A stretch of 64,000 nt of DNA. Origin: Thermodesulfobacteriota bacterium (GTDB lineage: Bacteria > Desulfobacterota_D > UBA1144 > Nemesobacterales > Nemesobacteraceae). Below are positions 56,757 through 63,258 of this stretch, in pieces (position 1 is the stretch's first letter; every line of letters begins with the position of its first letter). The DNA lies in assembly GCA_965116725.1 (NCBI GenBank), contig OZ220700.1, forward strand, positions 881,315 through 945,314, written 5' to 3'. Under the pieces are notes generated by a model. It was not told where the DNA came from, ran no database searches, and saw nothing but the letters and a program-made list of their open reading frames with translations. The position numbers were made by a program, and so were the translations under genes.

Positions 56757-56808
56757 TTGACATGACGTTTAAATTGTGATGATAATATGAGTGTCCGATT
56801 GCGGACAG
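56757..56808 (+). promoter_or_regulatory. promoter plus downstream operator of the collagen-repeat lipoprotein gene
   Basis: TTGACA (56757-62)-N18-GATAAT, then the dyad TGTCCG-attg-CGGACA (56792-56807). Confidence 0.5.
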
Positions 56809-56859
56809 GTTTTTAAGGTATGGAAAACAAAAAATCTCTTTATAAGGAGGATTTACATT

Positions 56860-57942
56860 ATGAGATTACGTAATCTTTTTATGATCCTGCTGTTGTGCAT
56901 GACGGTGGGAATGTTTGGCGTTTCGTGCGTCGATGACGGCGAGGATGGAGCGCAAGGGCCTCCGGGACCTCCGGGGCCTGCTGGACCTGCGGGTGAAGAT
57001 GGTGATGCTGGTGATGGTGGGATGGCTACTTACGATTTCTTGAAAGCGTGGGGAAGCGAGACAGGTACGATTGGCTGTGACGACCCGATACTGACGGGCG
57101 AGGGGGTTTTCCCTGGAGAAGGGTTAAAACCTATTCTTAATGCCAATGGTGTGCCGACACCAGCGTCGGGCATAGTGGCTAGGTGTAACGACGATGTATT
57201 CACCACACTTGCCGAAAACGCAGCTGCCACGCTTGGTGAAATGACGGGGTTAACACACGCCACTGGGGAGCTTGTCTTTATCAAGTCTGAACAATTAGTA
57301 GGCACCGACGCGATAAAAAGTGAGGTGGAGAACGATAAAACGCCAACCAAAAACGCGACTCGGGTAAATAAAACAACACGGCTTGTTGGGGGTTCCTTCT
57401 TTGCGGAGATGAGTACTACCGGTGGCAATGACGAGTCTGGAGAAAGGGCAATACTTTACAGTAATTGTAGTACGGGAACGGCACCTTCTGACCTCAGAGG
57501 ACATTGGCGTGCTGTAGAGATTACCGAAGTTTCGCAAGAATACTCCGCACCCGGAACTGCTGTTGCTGACGCAGTTACCACAACAACTACCACTAAAGTT
57601 TGTCTAAGGCTTGACTCAGTGCCAGGAACAGTCAAGTGCTTTATCGAGATTGAGGTGGATGCTCCGGCTGATGCAGATGGCGCACAATCCGGAGACTTTA
57701 CAACCGAGCAGATAGCGCTTTATGACGGTACGGCGGCTGAAGGCATGATGATTACGCCTGTTGCTCCGAAGGCTGCTGCTGCAACTGGATTGCTTGCAGT
57801 GCCGGCAGGTACTGACGGTGGGACAGCAAATGCTTCAGCGGCAGCAGTCGCTCTTTTTGGAGCCGATCAAGATTTAGACGCCGATAATGTGAGCAAGCTA
57901 TGTGCTCTCTTTGAAGAGGCGGGCGCCGCAGGAGGCAGTTAA
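56860..57942 (+). CDS. lipoprotein with a short collagen-like (G-X-Y)8 repeat
   Basis: AGGAGG lies 7 nt upstream. MRLRNLFMILLLCMTVGMFGVSC carries a lipobox, followed by GAQGPPGPPGPAGPAGEDGDAGDGG. Confidence 0.65.
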   Translation: MRLRNLFMILLLCMTVGMFGVSCVDDGEDGAQGPPGPPGPAGPAGEDGDAGDGGMATYDFLKAWGSETGTIGCDDPILTGEGVFPGEGLKPILNANGVPTPASGIVARCNDDVFTTLAENAAATLGEMTGLTHATGELVFIKSEQLVGTDAIKSEVENDKTPTKNATRVNKTTRLVGGSFFAEMSTTGGNDESGERAILYSNCSTGTAPSDLRGHWRAVEITEVSQEYSAPGTAVADAVTTTTTTKVCLRLDSVPGTVKCFIEIEVDAPADADGAQSGDFTTEQIALYDGTAAEGMMITPVAPKAAAATGLLAVPAGTDGGTANASAAAVALFGADQDLDADNVSKLCALFEEAGAAGGS

Positions 57943-58052
57943 TAAAGGACAAAACCCAAGGGAGAGTATAATGAAAGCCTCTGGTGAATTGTTTCCGAAC
58001 AAGACGTCCATCATCGTTAACTAGACACCTTCTAAAAGCTTTCCTTTGACAG

Positions 58053-58085
58053 CCCGGGCTTGAGAGATCGAGCCCGGGTTTTTTT
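58053..58085 (+). terminator. intrinsic terminator
   Basis: CCCGGGCT-tgagagatcg-AGCCCGGG followed by TTTTTTT. Confidence 0.75.
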
Positions 58086-58093
58086 GTATCAGA

Positions 58094-58122
58094 TTGACTT
58101 CTTGTCCACAATCAGTAATTAT
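58094..58122 (+). promoter_or_regulatory. operator-bearing promoter facing the 3' end of the transposase gene
   Basis: TTGACT-tcttgtccacaatcag(t)-(T)AATTAT. Downstream there is only a weak 51-codon ORF (58137-) or antisense RNA to the transposase 3' end. Confidence 0.35.
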
Positions 58123-58263
58123 GATTGACAAGAGAAATGTGCAGAAAACCAGAAGAACAAATTCCCGATATGTCCGAGGTAGATTTTGACACTCGGTTAC
58201 GTATTCTCCTAGGGGAACCTCCTGATCAAGAGGGGGCGGACGATAGTGCCGCCCCTTCCGATT

Positions 58264-59190
58264 CTACTGAATCAGATCCCGATAACTAAGCTTCTTCCCT
58301 ACCATCCCGTTCAGCGTAAGGTCTATCATGTCAATCGTATCCTCTCTCCGCATGTTATGGCGGGTCGCGTATTCATCCGCGTACCGCTGAAGGTGCTTAT
58401 GGGACATCTTGTGATAGGTTCCCTTGTATCCACGCTTTATTACCGCCCAGAAAGACTCAACGCCGTTTGTTGAGGATTCCCCCCTGACATACTCGCCTTT
58501 CTTGTGGTCCACGGCCATGTGCTCGAAGCCGAGCATCCCGACAATGGTATAAGCTCCGTGCTCATCCGAGTACACATGGGATCCTCTCTCCACGTTCTCA
58601 ATCAGGGTCCGGGCAATAGTGCCGCTATCAACCTTGTCGACGACAAAAGCCTTCACTCTCCTTGTATCCCGTTCCCGGATACCCACGATTGGCTTCTTGC
58701 CAACCTGACCGCGGCCTTCCCGAAGCTTCTTGTTGCTGTGCTTGTTTTTCTCAAGCCCGCCCACGTAAGTTTCGTCAATCTCGACCGCTCCCCTGAACTT
58801 GGGGCTCTTTACCTTCCACGCTGTCCGAATCCTGTGACACAGGTACCATGCGGTTTTCTGCGTAACGCCCAGGTCGCTTGCCAGCTTGTTGCTCGACGCT
58901 CCTTTAGGGGCAGTTCCCATAAGATAGATAGCGGCCAACCACTTGCGGTAAGACAAGTGCGACCCTTCCATCATGGTTCCAGTGCGGACGCTGAAGTAAC
59001 TGCGACAGCTGGAACACCAATAATTCATCTTAGGGTGATTGGACTCGCAGGTCTCTTCGGATTTGCAACGAGGGCAATTTCTTCCTCGCGGCCAACGGAC
59101 GGACTCTATATGGAGCATTGCCTTTTCTTCGGTATCGAATCGCTCCATGAACTTGTAAATAGAAAGCTTCTTTCTTTTTTCCCTAGCCAT
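58264..59190 (-). CDS. IS1595-family (ISXO2-like) DDE transposase; IS ends not resolved
   Basis: An N-terminal zinc ribbon (CPRCKSEE...CSSC), then EIDETYVGG, YSDEHGAY and TNGVESFW catalytic regions. The stop codon is TAG. Confidence 0.88.
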   Translation of the reverse strand: MAREKRKKLSIYKFMERFDTEEKAMLHIESVRWPRGRNCPRCKSEETCESNHPKMNYWCSSCRSYFSVRTGTMMEGSHLSYRKWLAAIYLMGTAPKGASSNKLASDLGVTQKTAWYLCHRIRTAWKVKSPKFRGAVEIDETYVGGLEKNKHSNKKLREGRGQVGKKPIVGIRERDTRRVKAFVVDKVDSGTIARTLIENVERGSHVYSDEHGAYTIVGMLGFEHMAVDHKKGEYVRGESSTNGVESFWAVIKRGYKGTYHKMSHKHLQRYADEYATRHNMRREDTIDMIDLTLNGMVGKKLSYRDLIQ

Positions 59191-59272
59191 AATTACAACC
59201 TCCCCTGATAATTGACTGCGAGAGGCATATATTGTATGTTGGATAAGGGGTAAGCGGATGATATGGTGTCTC

Positions 59273-59357
59273 GGAGGGCACCAGAATTGGCCTTAAAAAC
59301 TGTCTCTAAAACAGTGGCATGCCTGTCAGCATGGGGGTTCGATTCCCCTGCCCTCCG
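59273..59357 (+). tRNA. non-canonical tRNA-like gene: 8-bp acceptor / 4-bp T stem, long variable arm, anticodon CUA (amber), discriminator G, no encoded CCA, poor D arm
   Basis: Folded by hand. GGAGGGCA (59273-80) pairs with TGCCCTCC (59349-56). Anticodon arm ACTGT-CTCTAAA-ACAGT (59299-59315). Variable arm CATGC-CTGTCA-GCATG. T arm GGGG-TTCGATT-CCCC. The D region allows only CCA-GAAT-TGG. Confidence 0.5.
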
Positions 59358-59372
59358 CAGAACACAGAAAAC

Positions 59373-59394
59373 GACAGGAAGAATATTTCCTGTC
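59373..59394 (-). terminator. hairpin that would act as a terminator for leftward transcription
   Basis: GACAGGAA-gaatat-TTCCTGTC. The minus strand continues gttttctgtgttctg. Confidence 0.3.
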
Positions 59395-59470
59395 CTGAAC
59401 TGCTTTGTCAAATTTCCCTTAGCCAAATTAACAACCTCCCACACTATAAATATAATCATTTCAGGGAGTT

Positions 59471-59500
59471 TGTCAACCCATCTACTTAAATTATTTTGGA
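59471..59500 (-). repeat. island repeat family, copy f (degenerate; only gggttgacaa is well conserved)
   Basis: The reverse complement reads ccaaaataatttaagtagatgggttgaca. Confidence 0.35.
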
Positions 59501-59507
59501 TGCCGGG

Positions 59508-59537
59508 TTGTAATTCTGTCCAGTATCGGTGTAAACT
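59508..59537 (+). promoter_or_regulatory. operator-bearing promoter of the 164-aa ORF
   Basis: TTGTAA-ttctgtccagtatcggtg-TAAACT. Confidence 0.45.
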
Positions 59538-59612
59538 AAAGTTTACTTTCGATCAATGAGGCGGAGGGGCCTCTGTTTGAATGCTCATGGTTTGTACTTA
59601 TAGTAATAAAGT

Positions 59613-60107
59613 ATGGACTTTGTAAATCAGAATTGGCCAATAATTTCTCTCGTTATTCTTGTTGCCGGGGTTGCTTGGAGAGCTAGAGGATGGGTTTCGT
59701 CTGTTGATACAAAAATCGAAAATGTTGAAAAAGGTATAAAAGAGATTTCCGATTTTCTCGGAACAGTTTTTCGTTCCACTATTGTACCTAACAGCCCTAT
59801 TAGTTTAACTGATTTAGGTCTTGAAATTTCAAAAACACTTAATGCATCACAATGGGCTAAATCTGAAGCAATTAAGCTGGTTCGTGAAGAGAACTTAAGA
59901 TCTAAAAAACCATCACATTACATAATCGAAAGACACTGCTTTGATATTATAGAAGGAAGAGTAGAAGCAACACCAATGCAAGAAAGTGTTGAAAAATGTG
60001 CATACAAAAAAGGGCTGAAAAAACAACAAGTCCTAGATGTTTTAGCCGTTGAACTAAGGGACGCTCTCTTTGAACAACTCGGAATGGACAAAGACGCAAA
60101 CTACTGA
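59613..60107 (+). CDS. hypothetical protein with an N-terminal TM helix
   Basis: 164 aa and AT-rich. WPIISLVILVAGVAW forms a membrane anchor. No family recognised. Confidence 0.5.
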   Translation: MDFVNQNWPIISLVILVAGVAWRARGWVSSVDTKIENVEKGIKEISDFLGTVFRSTIVPNSPISLTDLGLEISKTLNASQWAKSEAIKLVREENLRSKKPSHYIIERHCFDIIEGRVEATPMQESVEKCAYKKGLKKQQVLDVLAVELRDALFEQLGMDKDANY

Positions 60108-60117
60108 AACCGACTAA

Positions 60118-60144
60118 TGTCAACCCAAGTATGTAATTCCCAAA
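60118..60144 (-). repeat. island repeat family, copy d (perfect inverted partner of copy b), abutting parS-1
   Basis: The plus strand tgtcaacccaagtatgtaattcccaaa is the reverse complement of 52554-52580. Confidence 0.9.
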
Positions 60145-60160
60145 TGTTTCACGTGAAACA
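60145..60160. other. parS: parS (ParB-binding centromere-like site), perfect consensus
   Basis: TGTTTCACGTGAAACA. Confidence 0.85.
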
Positions 60161-60173
60161 TTCAGTCCCGCTT

Positions 60174-61568
60174 TTACTTTCCAATGCAGAATCTGGAAAA
60201 AATTCTGCCCAGAAGATCTTCCGTGGTCACTTCTCCCGTAATCTCGCCGAGAGAATTCATTGAGTTTCGCAATTCTATGGAGAGGATCTCCGGATACTCA
60301 TTCTGCCCAAGAAGTTCAAGAAACACGCGCAACTGGTCGCGGGCCTTCTCCATGGATTTTTTGTGGCGAAGGTTTGTAAGCACCAGTTCCGAGGCATCCG
60401 CGGCACGAGGCGAGCCCGCAAGGGTCTCAAACATGGCCTGCCTGAGCCGCCCTATCCCCTCTTTTGCAAGTGCCGAAGTTTCAACTGGCTTTTTTCGCCC
60501 AAGAATCCGTCGCAGCTTTGATCTTTCTAGCTTTTCCTCAAGATCCATCTTGTTGATCACGACAAGATGCTTCTTTTTGGCGGCGGTCTTGAGGATTTTC
60601 CTGTCCAGGGCATCAAGTTCCGTGCTCTGGTCCAAAACGACGAGCACGAACTCGGATTCCTCGGCTTTTTTCAAGGAAAGCTCCACCCCGAGCCTTTCTA
60701 TCCGGTCTTCCGTGTCCCTTATGCCGGCCGTATCAGTTATAACGAGGGGAATTCCCCCGATATTTATTCTCTCTTCGATAAAATCCCTCGTGGTTCCAGC
60801 TATAGGGCTCACTATAGCCCTCTGAGTCTCAAGCAGGCAGTTAAGTATGCTCGATTTCCCGACGTTAGGCTTGCCCAGTATTACCATCGTCACCCCATCT
60901 CTGAACATTCTGCCCGTGTCGTAGCTGTCAATCAGCGCCGAAAGTTCCTTTTCTACTGACCCAGACGCTTCCTTGAGGCGGTTTTTCGCAATGGGATCTA
61001 TATCTTCCTCGGGAAAATCGAGGTTCGCCTCTATTTCGGCCAGAACGTCAAGAATTTGATCCTTAAGTTCGTTAACCTTGCCTGAAAGGGTCCCTTCAAG
61101 CTGAGCCTCGGCGTATCGGAGGCTCTGTTCGGTCTGGGCGCTTATAATGTCAGAAACCGCCTCGGCCTGCGCCAAGTCCATTTTCCCGTTAAGAAACGCC
61201 CTCTGGGTAAACTCGCCCGGGGCAGCAAGGGTCGCCCCGAGGCCGATCAGAATTTCAAGTATCTTCCGGGGAACTATATGTCCCCCGTGAGAATGTATCT
61301 CGGCTACGTCCTCCCCCGTATAGGTATCAGGGGAACTCATAACAACGCACAGGGCTTCATCCACCGTCCCGCCTGTTTCGGGGTCGATTATCTTCCCGAA
61401 ACAGAGTTTTCTCTCGGAAAAACCCGAGTTTCCCGCGGGAACGAAGATTTTCCTTGCGATCGAGTGAGATTCACCGCCGCTTATACGGATTACGGCCACT
61501 CCTCCCTCTCCAGGCGGGGTGGAAATGGCAGCTATGGTGCTTTCGCGCTCGGGCACAAGTGACGACAT
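60174..61568 (-). CDS. mnmE: tRNA modification GTPase MnmE
   Basis: IAAISTPPGEGGVAVIRISG, the G-domain GKPNVGKSSILN...DTAGIR, and the C-terminal CIGK. Confidence 0.95.
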   Translation of the reverse strand: MSSLVPERESTIAAISTPPGEGGVAVIRISGGESHSIARKIFVPAGNSGFSERKLCFGKIIDPETGGTVDEALCVVMSSPDTYTGEDVAEIHSHGGHIVPRKILEILIGLGATLAAPGEFTQRAFLNGKMDLAQAEAVSDIISAQTEQSLRYAEAQLEGTLSGKVNELKDQILDVLAEIEANLDFPEEDIDPIAKNRLKEASGSVEKELSALIDSYDTGRMFRDGVTMVILGKPNVGKSSILNCLLETQRAIVSPIAGTTRDFIEERINIGGIPLVITDTAGIRDTEDRIERLGVELSLKKAEESEFVLVVLDQSTELDALDRKILKTAAKKKHLVVINKMDLEEKLERSKLRRILGRKKPVETSALAKEGIGRLRQAMFETLAGSPRAADASELVLTNLRHKKSMEKARDQLRVFLELLGQNEYPEILSIELRNSMNSLGEITGEVTTEDLLGRIFSRFCIGK

Positions 61569-61631
61569 GAAAGAGAATCTACCATATAAAGCCGCATTCA
61601 GTCAGAGGAAAAAAGCTAAAAAAACCCTGAA

Positions 61632-61647
61632 TGTTTCACGTGAAACA
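61632..61647. other. parS: parS, perfect consensus inside a 30-bp perfect palindrome (61625-61654)
   Basis: ccctgaaTGTTTCACGTGAAACAttcaggg. Confidence 0.85.
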
Positions 61648-61691
61648 TTCAGGGCAAATTGAGGAGGATTTTCAAAAAAACCGTTAAAACT

Positions 61692-62375
61692 CTATTTCTC
61701 GAGACTCTTAAGCGTGTCCATGGCAATGCTGGTGTGCGCATAACAGGAACCTGCGGTCATGACCATGGCAACGTTTATGGCCTCGGCCATCTGCTCCGCG
61801 GTTACTCCGTCTGTATGCGCGTCCTTCACGGTTCCCCTTATACAATAAGGACATTTAGTCGCATGAGCACATGCAAGGCCTATTATTCCCCTCTTCATTT
61901 TTTTACTGAGGGCTCCATCGGCAAAGATTTTCTTGTGAAGCTCCATGAAGTGGGGAGAAATATCGCCGCTGCATTCCCTGAAACTGGCAATTTCCTTCGC
62001 TATATCCTTTTTGAAGAAATGCCCCTCGGTAAGCGGGATGCCGCTTTCGAGGGTGTCCCAAGCTTCAAAAGCCAGGCTTGAAAACGCGAAAGGGCCCCCC
62101 ATGTTGAGCCTAAGTCCCACGTATATCGATTCGACTATCTCCTGGTCGCTCGCTCCCTCTTTTTTACTGGCGCGAACCCTTGACCTTATGCAGTAAGGAC
62201 AAGCCGTAATATGCGCTACGGCTACCGCGATGAGCTGTTTTTCCTTTGCGGTGAGAGCTCCGTCGGTAAACACCGAATCATGATAAGCCATCCAAGAGTC
62301 GTAAAGATCCGGGTTCAGTTTCCTGAGATGAGCTATATCCCCACCGATCTGGGCCTTCATTATAGTATCAGACAT
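61692..62375 (-). CDS. carboxymuconolactone decarboxylase / AhpD-like family protein with two tandem domains
   Basis: Two CxxC cores (HITACPYCIRSRV and HATKCPYCIRGTV). The inner start MSDTIMK has AAGGAGAGG upstream. Confidence 0.8.
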   Translation of the reverse strand: MSDTIMKAQIGGDIAHLRKLNPDLYDSWMAYHDSVFTDGALTAKEKQLIAVAVAHITACPYCIRSRVRASKKEGASDQEIVESIYVGLRLNMGGPFAFSSLAFEAWDTLESGIPLTEGHFFKKDIAKEIASFRECSGDISPHFMELHKKIFADGALSKKMKRGIIGLACAHATKCPYCIRGTVKDAHTDGVTAEQMAEAINVAMVMTAGSCYAHTSIAMDTLKSLEK

Positions 62376-62543
62376 ACCCTTATACCTCTCCTTGGTTATT
62401 ATTTCCCCGTCTTTTAAAGAACTGCGCTTGACAAAAGCACAGAAACTCCAAATCCTTGGGCGTAGGGTAACTGCTTCAGGCCGGAGAATCAACAGGCCGG
62501 GCACCTGTGGAGACAGGTTTTGCCCAGACGGCGGAGATGCAGG

Positions 62544-63173
62544 CTATATTTCGTCCATTAAGCTCATCCACTCGTCGGCTAAGTGGGACCACTCGTCTTT
62601 AAGAAGGAGCTTTTTCCCCTGTATGATTACATCTTTTATAGGAGAAAGGGATTTCTTGGCTTTAGTCATAAGTATAGCTCCTTCGAACTGAGAAACTAAG
62701 TATCCGGCCAACTGCTTCGGTTCAAGATCTTCGTAAAAAAACCCCTGTTCCATCCCTCTTCTTAAACATTTCTCAACCAGAGCTTCGCATTCCTGGTAAT
62801 ACTCATCCAGAACGGAACGGAATTTCTCGTTGATGGAACTCTGTTCCAAGGTAATGTTTCCGAAAAAAGAGCCCGGGTATATGGGCTGCTCGAAAAGATG
62901 ATAATAAGAATAAAATGTCTCCTTGTAACAGGTCAGAAACTGCTCAACAGGGTTGAGATCGGCTTGCATAATTTCCGACATTTCATGGATGTGCTTCTCG
63001 GCAAGTTTCGTGAGAACACTCAATCCCAGCTCTTCTTTGCCTTCGAAGTAGTAGTAGAAATTGCTCTTTGAAACGCCTGCTTTCTTTATGAGCATATCTA
63101 TAGAAGTCCCGTCATACCCATAGGAATGGAAAAGCTCGGTGGCGGCCTCCATAATTTTATCTTTATTGCTCAT
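62544..63173 (-). CDS. TetR/AcrR-family transcriptional regulator
   Basis: IMEAATELFHSYGYDGTSIDMLIKKAGVSKSNFYYYF is the TetR N-terminal HTH. Confidence 0.87.
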   Translation of the reverse strand: MSNKDKIMEAATELFHSYGYDGTSIDMLIKKAGVSKSNFYYYFEGKEELGLSVLTKLAEKHIHEMSEIMQADLNPVEQFLTCYKETFYSYYHLFEQPIYPGSFFGNITLEQSSINEKFRSVLDEYYQECEALVEKCLRRGMEQGFFYEDLEPKQLAGYLVSQFEGAILMTKAKKSLSPIKDVIIQGKKLLLKDEWSHLADEWMSLMDEI

Positions 63174-63258
63174 AACGCTTGGTTGCTCCTAGTACTAAAG
63201 GTACTAAACCTTTAAAAGAATCCGTTGTCAAGCGCTCTTTGAATAAATTAAGAAGTAA

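Noticed and set aside
52847-58113. The TGTGGACA(G/A) motif resembles DnaA boxes (TGTGGATAA; the complement TTGTCCACA is the actinobacterial variant and occurs exactly at 58102-58110). With parS nearby, I considered an oriC.
   Set aside because: The copies are spread over 6.7 kb in separate promoter regions, usually within or directly beside predicted -35/-10 elements. No dnaA gene is present, and no compact box cluster with an AT-rich unwinding element. An operator fits better. A genome-wide GC skew would settle it.
59193-59459. 88-aa minus-strand ORF and 98-aa plus-strand ORF (59263..59559) covering the tRNA-like gene.
   Set aside because: Both are explained by the RNA gene and promoter region. 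They have no RBS, and their reading frames cross the T arm and acceptor helices.
52554-60144. TTGACA at the inner end of the 27-nt repeat acting as an autonomous outward or inward promoter at every copy.
   Set aside because: Only copy a has plausible downstream elements. Copies b and d have no -10-like hexamer at 16-18 nt, and copy c's nearest (TATACT) lies 39 nt away.
50855-60160. CRISPR array, integron attC sites, or a phage integrase/tRNA-att structure to explain the island repeats.
   Set aside because: Repeats are not regularly spaced, and no cas, intI or tyrosine/serine recombinase gene is present. The tRNA-like genes are internal rather than at the island boundary.
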